From NCBI GenBank assembly GCA_021228405.1, contig JAJQRF010000001.1, forward strand, positions 1,006,515 through 1,070,514: a stretch of DNA of 64,000 bases. The letters are read 5' to 3'. A model generated the notes under the pieces. That model ran no database searches. It was not told the origin of the DNA and was given only the letters and a program-made list of their open reading frames with translations. This DNA comes from Pyrinomonadaceae bacterium. GTDB taxonomy: Bacteria; Acidobacteriota; Blastocatellia; Pyrinomonadales; Pyrinomonadaceae. Made by a program: the position numbers and the translations under genes. Of this stretch, positions 1 to 8,888 are shown piece by piece; the first letter of the stretch is position 1, and each line of letters begins with the position of its first letter.

Positions 1-340
1 TGATTTTTTTCGGGTCGTGACGGAAAATTGGGTTTTACGTTTTCCTTCGGCTTTAAAACGATCGAGGCGATTTGTTCGGCGATCATACCGCTCCAGATTT
101 TGCCGTTGTTGCTGATGACGACGATCGAAATTTTTCCGTCGGGAAACCTCATCGTTTGCGCATTGTAGGAACCTGTGCTTCCCGCCTTCACGATTCCGAC
201 CGCAATTCCCGGTACAACGCCTTTGATCGTCGAATTCAGCAACTCGTCGATTTTAGTTTTATCTATTTCCTGTCCTTGTGCGATAAAACCCGAAAAAATC
301 AGTGTAAATACGGCGAAAAAGAAACTTATTAAATTTTTCA
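1..340 (-). CDS. hypothetical secreted protein, N-terminal part (gene continues beyond window start)
   Basis: Reverse-complement translation from ATG at about 338-340 gives MKNLISFFFAVFTLIFSGFIAQGQEIDKTKIDELL..., a signal-peptide-like N-terminus. The frame stays open to position 1. It is absent from the ORF track because it is incomplete. Confidence 0.4.
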
Positions 341-412
341 TTCTTCAAATTTATTCGGCAACCAAACTCAACCATAGTTATTTAAATGATCGGCTTTTGT
401 TTTCCGGGATAG

Positions 413-688
413 CTATTTTTTCACGACTTCGACGACAACTCCGCCGAAACGATGTTCATTTGCGAAACATTTTCTACCGTCGATATAGCAGATTTGCTGA
501 TGATACTCCGCGCCGTTATCGCGGTAAAAAGCTTTGAAACCGCCCGAACTGTCCGCGTTTGAAAATTGCAAACGCCGACCGTAAGCATCGGATGCTTTGT
601 TCTGACAACGTTCGCAAACCTGTTTCGGATAACGTTCCCAATGCCCGACTTTTTCACCGCAAATCGGGCAATCGTGTGTTTCGTTCAT
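413..688 (-). CDS. small zinc-ribbon protein (CPICGEK...CERC), translationally coupled to upstream ALDH
   Basis: Internal start MNETHDCPICGEKVGHWERYPKQVCERCQNK of ORF 413..823. Its ATG overlaps the ALDH TGA stop (ATGA overlap at 685-688). The longer N-terminal extension would lie antisense inside the ALDH. Confidence 0.45.
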   Translation of the reverse strand: MNETHDCPICGEKVGHWERYPKQVCERCQNKASDAYGRRLQFSNADSSGGFKAFYRDNGAEYHQQICYIDGRKCFANEHRFGGVVVEVVKK

Positions 689-2256
689 TTCTTTTTCAGC
701 AATTCCTTGATTCTTTTCGTTAATTGCGGCGATAGTTTTGAAGTTTGAAACAGCGATCCCGAAGCGAAATATCTGGCAAAACCGCGAAAAGTTTCGACTG
801 CCGTTTTTGAATACGGCATCCACCAGGCATTCGGCAGGATCGCAAGTTTATTGACGTGAATATGCTGCGGCTGAACGAGTTCCATCAAACCCTCGATGCC
901 GTGCGTCCGTCCGCGTCCCGAATTTTTAAAGCCGCCCCAGGGAGTTTGCCCGATGCCGTGCGTGTAGAGAACTTCGTTGACGCAAACCGTGCCCGCTTCG
1001 ATGCGTTCGGCAACGCGTTTCCCTTTTGCCGAATCCTTCGTCCAAACGCTCGCCGTCAGACCGAATTCCGAATCGTTAGCGAGTTTTATCGCTTCTTCTT
1101 CCGTTTTGAAAGTGGCGATCGGAAGCGTCGGACCGAAGGTTTCTTCCTGCATTGCACGCATCGAATTGTTTGCGTTTACAACTACGGTCGGCTCGAAAAA
1201 CAGCCCGTCTGATTTTCCGCCCGTTAATAGTTTCGCACCGTCTTTTTCAAAACTCTCGACGTGATCTTTGACAATGTTTAATTGTCTTTCCGACGACATC
1301 GCGCCGACTGAAACATTTTCGTCCGTCCCGATGCCGACTTTCAATTTTTTCGTTTCCGTCACGATCAGCTCCGTCAATTTTTCCGCCGCCGATTCTTCGA
1401 CATACAATCGCTCGACCGACGAACAGGATTGTCCCGCATTGCAAAATGCGCCCCAAACCGCGCCCTGCGCGGCAAGTTCGAGATTTGCGTCGGCAAAAAC
1501 GATCATCGGGTCTTTTCCGCCGAGTTCGAGCACGGCGGAAGTCAGATTTTTCGCGGCGGCTTCGGCGATTTTTTTACCCGTCGCAACGCTTCCCGTAAAC
1601 ATTATCTTGTCCGGCACTGCTTCGACCAACGCCGCGCCCGTCGCGCCCGCGCCCGTCACGACCTGCACGATGTTTTCGGGAATTCCCGCTTTTTTGCAGA
1701 TTTCCCCGATCTTCAAGCCGATCAGCGGCGTGAGTTCCGAGGGTTTTAAAACGACCGTATTTCCCGCCATCAAAGCCATCACGGTTTCGCCGAGCGGGAT
1801 CGAGAAAGGATAATTCCAGGCAGGAATGATGCCGACCACGCCGAGCGGCTGATAAATTATTTTCGAGCTTCTGCCCAAAAGCCCGTAAAGCCCGATGCCG
1901 ATCTTTCGCGGTTTGAGAAGTTTTTCGGAATTTCGCGCAAAATACTGCATCAAGTCCAAAACCGGCGCGATCTCCATCGAAAGGGCTTCGGCGACGGGTT
2001 TGCCGGATTCGTGCGAGATCAAAAGCGCGATTTCGTCCAGTTCCGCAAGAATTATTTCACGCGCTTTCATAATCAGTTTTCTACGTTCGGAGAAGGAAGT
2101 TTTGCGCCACGTTTGAAAGGCATTTCGCCCGTTTTCGACGGCAACTTTCACCTCTTCGGCGGAAGTATTTTCAACGCGTCCGAGCTCTTTGCCCGTCGCC
2201 GGATTGTAGGAAATTATCTCGTTTTCATCGATCGGAATCTGAATCACCGCGCTCAT
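685..2256 (-). CDS. aldehyde dehydrogenase family protein (NAD(P)+-dependent)
   Basis: 523 aa with ALDH signatures: ELGGKDP (catalytic Glu motif), GQSCSSVERLYV (catalytic Cys), and the Rossmann motif FTGSVATGKKI. Confidence 0.9.
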   Translation of the reverse strand: MSAVIQIPIDENEIISYNPATGKELGRVENTSAEEVKVAVENGRNAFQTWRKTSFSERRKLIMKAREIILAELDEIALLISHESGKPVAEALSMEIAPVLDLMQYFARNSEKLLKPRKIGIGLYGLLGRSSKIIYQPLGVVGIIPAWNYPFSIPLGETVMALMAGNTVVLKPSELTPLIGLKIGEICKKAGIPENIVQVVTGAGATGAALVEAVPDKIMFTGSVATGKKIAEAAAKNLTSAVLELGGKDPMIVFADANLELAAQGAVWGAFCNAGQSCSSVERLYVEESAAEKLTELIVTETKKLKVGIGTDENVSVGAMSSERQLNIVKDHVESFEKDGAKLLTGGKSDGLFFEPTVVVNANNSMRAMQEETFGPTLPIATFKTEEEAIKLANDSEFGLTASVWTKDSAKGKRVAERIEAGTVCVNEVLYTHGIGQTPWGGFKNSGRGRTHGIEGLMELVQPQHIHVNKLAILPNAWWMPYSKTAVETFRGFARYFASGSLFQTSKLSPQLTKRIKELLKKK

Positions 2257-2285
2257 AAATTATTTTCCTTTTACAATGCTGATTT

Positions 2286-2382
2286 TTTGAACGCGGATTT
2301 GGCGAATTAGGCGGAAAAAACAGATCATTGACTGATTTATCCGTAATTATTCGCTTAATCTGCCAAATCTGCGTTCAAAATT
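2286..2382. repeat. palindromic MITE/REP-like element, family C (TTTGAACGCGGATTTGGCGAAT...GCCAAATCTGCGTTCAAAA)
   Basis: Long imperfect inverted repeat in the divergent ALDH/lrp intergenic region. Full or half copies recur at about 11808, 15550, 19449, 26800, 45129 and 53322. Confidence 0.7.
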
Positions 2383-2517
2383 TTGACAGCTTTTTTATTT
2401 TTCAGTTTGAACGGAAATTCCAACTAAATATCTGCAAAGATAGCACATTTTCGCGCCGATATGAATAAACATCGGCATCGTTCGCAATCGCCTTACTTTT
2501 ACCGAACAAAGAAAGGC

Positions 2518-2546
2518 TTGACAAACGTTTTACCGAACATTATTCT
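2518..2546 (+). promoter_or_regulatory. putative sigma70-type promoter for the Lrp/AsnC gene, with flanking direct repeats TTTTACCGAACA
   Basis: TTGACA at about 2518-2523, a 17-bp spacer, then TATTCT, ending about 25 bp before the ATG at 2571. The 12-mer TTTTACCGAACA occurs twice (about 2494 and 2527), bracketing the -35 box. Confidence 0.3.
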
Positions 2547-2570
2547 GGTAAAGTAGTTTTTGAGAGAACA

Positions 2571-3035
2571 ATGGACAATATTGACAAGGAAATTCTAAAC
2601 CTTCTTCAGCAGGATGCACGCGTTGCCAACGCAGAAATTGCACGTCAGGTCGGGCTTGCGCCTTCGGCAGTTCTGGAACGCGTTAAGAAGCTGGAAGAAC
2701 GCGGCATCATCAAGGGGTTTGAAACAAAACTCGATGCGGCACAACTCGATTTCGGGTTGACGGCTTTTATTGCCGTTCGGACGCACGAATGTTGTTATGA
2801 AACGGATAAATTTTTGACGGAAATTCCCGAAGTTTTGGAAGTTCACGACGTAGCGGGCGAAGATTCATATCTTTTAAAGGTGCGTGTCAAAGACACGGAA
2901 CATCTTTCAAAGCTTATGCGCGGAAGTTTGAAAAACGTGCCGAACGTGGCTTCGACCAAGACCACGATCGTTTTGCAGACGATCAAGGAAACGACCGCTT
3001 TGCCGATCAAAAATACGGAAGAAAAAAAGAAGTGA
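2571..3035 (+). CDS. Lrp/AsnC family transcriptional regulator
   Basis: 154 aa. N-terminal HTH (ILNLLQQDARVANAEIARQVGLAPSAVLERVKKLEERGII) plus a C-terminal RAM/AsnC_trans-type domain. Divergent from the ALDH gene. Confidence 0.9.
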   Translation: MDNIDKEILNLLQQDARVANAEIARQVGLAPSAVLERVKKLEERGIIKGFETKLDAAQLDFGLTAFIAVRTHECCYETDKFLTEIPEVLEVHDVAGEDSYLLKVRVKDTEHLSKLMRGSLKNVPNVASTKTTIVLQTIKETTALPIKNTEEKKK

Positions 3036-3062
3036 TTTTCTGATTTAGAAAAAGGGGGAGAA

Positions 3063-4052
3063 ATGCAAAAGACTGATTTATTAAAAACTCAAAAGAGCAA
3101 TATCGTTTTGTTAATTGCGGCATTTGCGGCAGTTTACATTCTTTGGGGTTCGACCTATCTCGCGATCAAATATGCGATCGACACCTTGCCGCCGTTTCTG
3201 ATGGCGGGCACGCGGTTCGTCGTTGCGGGCGGCATTTTGATGCTCTGGGCGCGCTTTTCAAAGGATTACGAACCGCCGAAAGCGGCGCACTGGAAAACGA
3301 GCTTCATCGTCGGAACGCTCTTGCTTTTGGGCGGAAACGGCGGCGTTGTTTTTGCGGAACATTATATTTCTTCGAGCCTTGCCGCGCTTCTCGTGGCGAC
3401 CGAACCGTTCTGGATCGTGCTTTTAAGCTGGCTCTGGCTGAAAGGTTCGCGCCCGAATCTGAAAACCATTGCAGGAATTGCGGTCGGATTTTTCGGCGTT
3501 TGGCTTTTGCTTAACGGGCAGCACGCCTCGACCGATCCGAATGCGAACCCGATGCAGTTTTTCGGCGCGATCGCGGTAATTTTAGCGGCTCTCAGTTGGG
3601 CGTTCGGCTCGATCTACGGGCTTCGTTCGCCGGTTCCGAAGTCGGCGATTTTAACGTCGGGAATGCAGATGTTTGCGGGCGGTTTGGTTTTGTATTTCGT
3701 CAGTTTGATAACGGGTGAATTTTCGAGATTCGACGTTTCAAAAGTTTCAAATGAATCGTTACTGGGTTTGGGTTATCTGATAATTGCGGGTTCGCTGATC
3801 GGATTTACGGCATACAGTTGGCTTTTGAAAAACGCGAATCCGGCGATGGTTTCGACGTATGCCTACGTCAACCCGATCGTCGCCGTCTTTCTCGGCTGGC
3901 TCATCGCGGGCGAAACTTTTACGACGCAAATGCTCATCGGCGCGGGCGTGATCGTCGGTTCGGTCGTGCTCATAACGGCGCGTGATAACGATAAAAACAA
4001 AGGCGAAGAATTCCAGCTTCCCGAAAGCGAATGCCGCACGGCTTCGGCATAA
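3063..4052 (+). CDS. EamA/DMT-superfamily transporter (RhaT-like)
   Basis: 329 aa with about 10 predicted TM segments and two EamA-like halves. A good SD (AAAGGGGGAG) precedes the ATG. Confidence 0.85.
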   Translation: MQKTDLLKTQKSNIVLLIAAFAAVYILWGSTYLAIKYAIDTLPPFLMAGTRFVVAGGILMLWARFSKDYEPPKAAHWKTSFIVGTLLLLGGNGGVVFAEHYISSSLAALLVATEPFWIVLLSWLWLKGSRPNLKTIAGIAVGFFGVWLLLNGQHASTDPNANPMQFFGAIAVILAALSWAFGSIYGLRSPVPKSAILTSGMQMFAGGLVLYFVSLITGEFSRFDVSKVSNESLLGLGYLIIAGSLIGFTAYSWLLKNANPAMVSTYAYVNPIVAVFLGWLIAGETFTTQMLIGAGVIVGSVVLITARDNDKNKGEEFQLPESECRTASA

Positions 4053-4076
4053 ATCTTTGTAAAAATGTAAGTAAAA

Positions 4077-4167
4077 CTGCCCGCGAAAGATGCGAAAGGA
4101 CGCAAAAAGAGAAACTGATTTTCATTTTTTTATTTTTAGCGCATTTCGCATCTTTCGCGGGCAAATG
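4077..4167. repeat. palindromic MITE/REP-like element, family A (TTGCCCRCGAAA-N5-CRCGAAA ... TTTCGYG-N5-TTTCGYGGGCAA), probably a bidirectional terminator
   Basis: Inverted repeat CTGCCCGCGAAAGATGCGAAA ... TTTCGCATCTTTCGCGGGCA lying between the convergent eamA and trxC 3' ends. Copies also at about 39828, 42180, 55447, 57318 and 61430. Confidence 0.7.
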
Positions 4168-4180
4168 TCTTAAAACTTGC

Positions 4181-4636
4181 CTAAATAAACCTCTGCAAAC
4201 GCTGAGTCATCATTTCTTTTGAACCTGCGCCGACGATGCGGTCAACTTCTTTGCCGTCCTTAAAAATTATCAGCGTCGGAATGCTCTGCACCCGAAAAAG
4301 GCTTGACGTGGCAGGATTTTTGTCAACGTCGAGCTTTCCGATCTTCGCTTTTCCCGCCATTTCTTTTGCCAATACTTCGATAATCGGTGCGACAACGCGG
4401 CACGGACCGCACCAAGCCGCCCAAAAATCGACCAGAACCGGAAGTTTCGATTTGCCGACCTCATCTGCAAAATTGCCGTCGGTAATCACGACCGGCGCGG
4501 CGGAAACGGTCAGCGGCAATTTGCATTTACCGCAAACCGCCTGTTTATTCGCTTCAAACGAAACGCGATTCTTCGCACCGCAATTTCCGCAAGTAATAAT
4601 CTGTGTCGAATCATTCATAACTGCCCTCAAATTCAA
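4181..4636 (-). CDS. trxC: thioredoxin 2 (N-terminal zinc-finger thioredoxin)
   Basis: N-terminal CGNCGAKNRV...CGKCKLPL zinc-binding motif followed by the WCGPC active site, matching the E. coli Trx2 architecture. The true start may be the internal MNDSTQ. Confidence 0.85.
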   Translation of the reverse strand: MNLRAVMNDSTQIITCGNCGAKNRVSFEANKQAVCGKCKLPLTVSAAPVVITDGNFADEVGKSKLPVLVDFWAAWCGPCRVVAPIIEVLAKEMAGKAKIGKLDVDKNPATSSLFRVQSIPTLIIFKDGKEVDRIVGAGSKEMMTQRLQRFI

Positions 4637-4639
4637 TCA

Positions 4640-5057
4640 AAATCGTCTGCACAAATGCCGAAAACGAATCCGGCATCCACAAAACAATCTTAACGCATCG
4701 GCAAACCGTCTGCACCAATCGGCAAGTCATCTGCACTCATCGGCAAACCAACTTTACACATCGGCAAACGGTCTGAACGCATCGGCGAAGCATCTCGACA
4801 CGTCGGCAAACCGTCTTCACACGTCGGCAAACGATTTGAGCGCGTCGGCAAGTCATCTCAACACATCGGCAAATCATCTCAACACGTCGGCAAATCATCT
4901 GCATACATCGGCAACGAGTCTGCACACATCGGCAAGAAACCTGCACACGTCGGCAAAAACTTTTAACTCGTCGGTTGAAAGTCTGCACACATCGGTTAGA
5001 ACTTTATACAAACCCGCCGTTATTCTGCACACATCGGTTAAGAATATTCAAAAACAA
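4640..5057. repeat. tandem array 1: about 19 copies of a 21-bp unit C(A/G)TCGGCAA-N4/5-TCTGCACA
   Basis: Read directly. Units such as catcggcaaaccgtctgcaca and cgtcggcaagtcatctcaaca repeat head-to-tail. The 4-5 nt centre varies while the flanks are conserved. It sits immediately upstream of the trxC start. Confidence 0.85.
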
Positions 5058-5090
5058 AAGACGCAGGATTTTTAACTCGCTGCGTCTTTC
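5040..5090 (-). terminator. putative rho-independent terminator for the 5138..5452 gene
   Basis: 10-bp stem AAGACGCAG...CTGCGTCTT, followed on the minus strand by a T-rich tract (TTTGTTTTTG). Confidence 0.4.
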
Positions 5091-5137
5091 GCTTAATGCG
5101 ATTTAATCTGACTCAACTTATTCGGTCGCTAAAACGG

Positions 5138-5452
5138 CTAATTGTAAATTTCAAACAAGTCGCCTTCGCCCGAATACTCGCCGACCTGAACTTTTATCCA
5201 AATGCCTTGTTTGGTAATCCGTTTGTCGGTAACTATCGCCGAAAAAGGTTCTACCCGATCATCCCAATCACCAAAATCTTCTTCGGACACCATATTTCCT
5301 TCAAAAACGATCTGACGTTGTTTTCTGATTTCTGCCTTAACATAACTTAAATATTCCATCCTCAACGGATAAATAATTAGTTTTTGAGCAATCCTCGGAA
5401 ACAATTCGGAAAGCGCGTCTTCGTATAAATCAATTTTCTCACGATCGATCAA
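5138..5452 (-). CDS. hypothetical protein (AT-rich island gene)
   Basis: 104-aa ORF on the same strand as, and downstream of, alaS. Local GC is much lower than in neighbouring genes. No recognisable family. Confidence 0.4.
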   Translation of the reverse strand: MIDREKIDLYEDALSELFPRIAQKLIIYPLRMEYLSYVKAEIRKQRQIVFEGNMVSEEDFGDWDDRVEPFSAIVTDKRITKQGIWIKVQVGEYSGEGDLFEIYN

Positions 5453-5516
5453 CCGCTCGAAAATCTCGACAAATTGTTCTACTATTTCGTTGAAATTTAT
5501 TTACCTCAATATTTCT

Positions 5517-5957
5517 TCAATCACAGATAAAACCTAAATAAAGATTTTTTTCAATAGCTTGATTAAAGGAGTAAGTTAATTTCCTTATGGTTAAGGATGC
5601 GCTTTCGGAACTAACTAATGCTTGTAATTCTTCACATTCGACTAAAAACTCTTTTGCTTCGGATGGACTGAAAAAATAATCTTCATAGTCATAATAATCT
5701 TTTCCAAACCATTTAAAGCGAGGGAAATGCTCTTTGAATAAATTCAATCTATATTGAATCTTTTCCATAGAATCAACTTTTTTTGGATCGACGAAGATTT
5801 CTTTTGTTAATAACACGTCCGCTCGAATTGCATCAAAGTTTGAGCTATCAACGCTTACGGTTAAGTTCTCAACAAAATTATCGTCAAAAACGCTTGGTGA
5901 GGTTAGAAGCATCAAATCTAAAGTTCCGTTTCCATATTTACCAAATATATCTTGCAT
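5517..5957 (-). CDS. hypothetical protein (AT-rich island gene), start 2 nt after the alaS stop
   Basis: 146-aa ORF whose ATG follows the alaS TAA by 2 nt (TAATAATG). AT-rich, with no recognisable family. Confidence 0.4.
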   Translation of the reverse strand: MQDIFGKYGNGTLDLMLLTSPSVFDDNFVENLTVSVDSSNFDAIRADVLLTKEIFVDPKKVDSMEKIQYRLNLFKEHFPRFKWFGKDYYDYEDYFFSPSEAKEFLVECEELQALVSSESASLTIRKLTYSFNQAIEKNLYLGFICD

Positions 5958-5959
5958 TA

Positions 5960-8074
5960 TTAACTCAACATCTTTTCAATCACGCCGTAGCTTGCTGCGA
6001 GTGCGTCGTTTAATTTGCTTGCGTCGGTTCCGCCGCCTTCCGCCATATCGGGTTTGCCGCCGCCGCGCCCTGACACGATCGGGGCGATTTCCTGCACGAT
6101 CTTTCCGGCTTTTACTTTGTCGGTCAGATCGTCGGAAACGCGCACGATGAACGAAACTTTCTCGTCTTCGGTTCTTGCAAGAATCACCACGCCCGATTTC
6201 TGTTTCGACATCAGCGTGTCCGACAAATGCCGCATCCCGCCTTTGTCCAAACCGTCAACGATCTTCGCGATGACCTTCACGCCCGCAACGTCCTTCGCCT
6301 CGCCGCCGTTCGACGATGCGCCGCCGATCGCGCCCGTCGCGATCTTCATTTTCAGCTCGTCAATTTCCTTGCGCGTGCGTTTCAATTCTTCCTGCAATCT
6401 TTCGATCGCGTTCGGCAGATTGTCGCGCTGAGTTTTGAGAACGTTCAGCGAATCGGCGATCAACTTTTCGTCTTCGCGGAAACGCTCGAACGCATCGATG
6501 CCCGTAATTGCGCGGATTCGGCGCACGCCCGAAGCGACCGCTTCATCGCTCACGATCTTGAACGAACCGATGTCGCCCGTGGCGCGGACGTGCGTTCCGC
6601 CGCAGAGTTCCTTTGAAAAAGTGCCGCCGCCAATCGACAAAACGCGCACCTGCGAACCGTATTTTTCGCCGAAAAGTGCCATCGCGCCCGAACGCATCGC
6701 GTCTTCGATAGACATCAGATCGGTATTGACGGGATCGTTTTTCAAAATCTCGCGGTTGACCAAATCTTCGATTTCCTGCAATTCGGTTTCGGAAATCGGC
6801 TGATAATGCGTGAAATCGAAGCGCAGATAATTGGGCGCAACGACCGAACCGGCTTGTTTGACGTGCGTTCCGAGAACTTCCTTAAGCGCGGCGTGAACGA
6901 GATGCGTCGCCGTATGATTACGCCGTGTCGCATCGCGCTTGGCAACATCGACCGTCGCCGTCACCGTATCGCCGACACGAACCGCTCCCTTTTCAACCTT
7001 CGATTTATGCAGAACAATGCCCGCAATCGGTGCGAACGTATCGTAAACTTTAGTTTGCGAATTAGCATTATAAATCACGCCGACATCGCCGACCTGTCCG
7101 CCCGATTCGGCATAAAACGGCGTTTCATCCAAAACAATCAAACCCTCATCGCCTTCGCCGAGTTCTTCAACGCGGCTATCATTTTTCACCAGAGCGATAA
7201 CCTTTGCATCTTCAACCTCGGTTTTTTCGTAGCCGTGAAAATTCGAGCGAACGGACGTTCTTTCCAAAGCCGTGTAAATCGGATTGATTTTGTCGGCTTG
7301 TTTGGTTTTGCCGATTTCGCTTTGTTTTTGAAGATCAGATATTGCCTGGTCAAAATTCCGATCAAATGACTCTTCGGAAAATACTATTCCGTTCTGTTCT
7401 AATATAACTCTTATCAAATCTTTAGGTGTTCCGTATGTATCGTAAAGTTTCGCTAAATTATCTATTAAATTTAAGTGATTCAATGGCTCTGAAATGAGAT
7501 AAGCCCAAAAAGAACGAAAAGTTTCATTTATGGATTTATAATCATCTTCATAATTTGGAGAAAGGCTTTCATCTTCAAAGTATCTTCGCTCCCAAAAGCT
7601 TCGAAAGTCAGCAATGTCAGAAACATTTATTTTAGAAACATCGAAATTCTTAACTTCAAGAGATGGATAATGTTTATATAATTTATCTACTGCTTGATTT
7701 TGAGTTTCAGCAAAGAATTTATTTATTTCTTCATTAAGTCTCTTCAAACCGACCGTTAAAGTCGCGCCGAATCTTTCTTCTTCAAGACGCACCATTTTGC
7801 CGATGAAATCGCGTTGGATTTCGAGTTCGGGATAAGCGTCGTTCATTTGTTCGACGACGAAATCGCAGACTTTGTAGAAGAATAAATCCCTAAAACCGAG
7901 ATGCTCGCGCCCGTGATAGATGGCTCGGCGCATAATCTTCCGCAACACGTAATTTCTGCCTTCGTTGCCCGGCAAAATCCCGTCCGCAATTGCAAACGCG
8001 GTCGAACGCGCGTGATCGGCAATCACGCGGCAGGCAAATTGTTTCTGTTCATCAAAATTTTCGTAAACGCTCAT
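5960..8074 (-). CDS. alaS: alanine--tRNA ligase, C-terminal fragment (tRNA-recognition, editing and C-Ala domains); the gene is split by an IS200-like insertion
   Basis: 704 aa beginning MSVYENFDEQKQFACRVIADHARSTAFAIADG. It aligns to E. coli AlaRS from just upstream of RVIADH onward, and carries the editing-domain motifs HTATHLVHAAL and CGGTHV plus a C-terminal GGGKPDMAEGGG DHHA1-like region. Confidence 0.85.
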   Translation of the reverse strand: MSVYENFDEQKQFACRVIADHARSTAFAIADGILPGNEGRNYVLRKIMRRAIYHGREHLGFRDLFFYKVCDFVVEQMNDAYPELEIQRDFIGKMVRLEEERFGATLTVGLKRLNEEINKFFAETQNQAVDKLYKHYPSLEVKNFDVSKINVSDIADFRSFWERRYFEDESLSPNYEDDYKSINETFRSFWAYLISEPLNHLNLIDNLAKLYDTYGTPKDLIRVILEQNGIVFSEESFDRNFDQAISDLQKQSEIGKTKQADKINPIYTALERTSVRSNFHGYEKTEVEDAKVIALVKNDSRVEELGEGDEGLIVLDETPFYAESGGQVGDVGVIYNANSQTKVYDTFAPIAGIVLHKSKVEKGAVRVGDTVTATVDVAKRDATRRNHTATHLVHAALKEVLGTHVKQAGSVVAPNYLRFDFTHYQPISETELQEIEDLVNREILKNDPVNTDLMSIEDAMRSGAMALFGEKYGSQVRVLSIGGGTFSKELCGGTHVRATGDIGSFKIVSDEAVASGVRRIRAITGIDAFERFREDEKLIADSLNVLKTQRDNLPNAIERLQEELKRTRKEIDELKMKIATGAIGGASSNGGEAKDVAGVKVIAKIVDGLDKGGMRHLSDTLMSKQKSGVVILARTEDEKVSFIVRVSDDLTDKVKAGKIVQEIAPIVSGRGGGKPDMAEGGGTDASKLNDALAASYGVIEKMLS

Positions 8075-8192
8075 AAAAATCTATACATTCAATAAAATCA
8101 ATCGCCGGCGGCGATTCTTTCGTTAGCGGCAGGTTGGCAAACCTGCCGTCGAATAAGGTTAAATTAATTTACGCTGAAAGCGTTGCATTCAT

Positions 8193-8684
8193 TTAATCTA
8201 AAAAATATTTTTCGTCAAAATCCATTTCATACCGTTGTAAAAACTTCCGATATTCATCATCGAAACTTTCGGTTTTGTGATGTTCTTTTTGATTGGCAAT
8301 GTATTTTTTGACAATTTCAATTTGTAATTTACTCACTGAAAATGCCCCGAAACCGCTTTGCCATTGAAAACCGTCAAATACAGAGTCTTTTTGTTTTATC
8401 CACAAAGAACTTGCTCTCTTAACTTCTCGGATCAAATCGCTCAAAGCTATCTTTTTCGACTGCAAAATAAGTAAATGAACGTGATTTTCCGTTCCGTTTG
8501 CAGCTAACAATACTGATTCGTGTTTCCGCAAAATTCCGCCGATATATGCGAAAAGTTCTTTCTCAATTTCCGGCGCAATCAGGTTTTCACGATTTTTAGT
8601 TGAAAAAACAACGTGAATTATTATTTCGACTAAAGTTTGCGCCATAATTTGGATTCCTAAAATACAATACCTTCGGCATTGCAA
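8193..8684 (-). CDS. tnpA: IS200/IS605-family Y1 (HuH) transposase TnpA, or a RAYT-like relative
   Basis: 163 aa. HuH motif HVHLLI, and a C-terminal catalytic tyrosine in the context KKYIANQKEHH, which is typical of IS200 TnpA. Confidence 0.85.
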   Translation of the reverse strand: MQCRRYCILGIQIMAQTLVEIIIHVVFSTKNRENLIAPEIEKELFAYIGGILRKHESVLLAANGTENHVHLLILQSKKIALSDLIREVKRASSLWIKQKDSVFDGFQWQSGFGAFSVSKLQIEIVKKYIANQKEHHKTESFDDEYRKFLQRYEMDFDEKYFLD

Positions 8685-8747
8685 AAATAATTTTCAATTC
8701 GGCAGGTTTGACAACCTGCCGCTAACAAAAGTTTCGCCGTCGGCGAA

Positions 8748-8888
8748 TTTTTAACAATCAACATCCTCGAAACGTCGCTTTTTTGATGAATCAATCTCAG
8801 AAATCTCTTTCGCACTCATCAAATCGATGCTCAATTCCCAAAGCTGTTCCATCACTTTCAGACGATCCGTGATCGCTTCGGGCGACAT
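8748..8888 (-). CDS. small ORF (46 codons) inside the inserted element, starting 1 nt after the alaS-N stop
   Basis: MSPEAITDRLKVMEQLWELSIDLMSAKEISEIDSSKKRRFEDVDC, with the TGA-T-ATG arrangement. It is below the track's 60-aa cut-off. No family recognised; it may be non-coding leader. Confidence 0.2.

Noticed and set aside
856-2310. Numerous 60-180-aa ORFs antisense or out of frame inside the ALDH gene (for example 856..1212, 977..1264, 1268..1813, 1429..1749)
   Set aside because: They are fully contained within a well-supported 523-aa ALDH CDS and have no independent signals. This is typical GC-rich-frame noise. The same holds for antisense ORFs inside alaS, hppA (62410..63351), photolyase, recX (33874..34554) and others.
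4236-5075. Long ORFs reading through the 21-bp arrays as heptad-repeat proteins (4236..5075+, 4737..4988-, 46435..46785+, 46312..46695-, 51874..52158-, 52024..52242+, 60705..60908+)
   Set aside because: A 21-bp period keeps all frames open. ORFs appear on both strands of the same array. The 4236..5075 ORF starts antisense inside trxC. Conservation is strongest at fixed nucleotide blocks, including codon third positions. Variation is a contiguous 4-6 nt block, not wobble sites.
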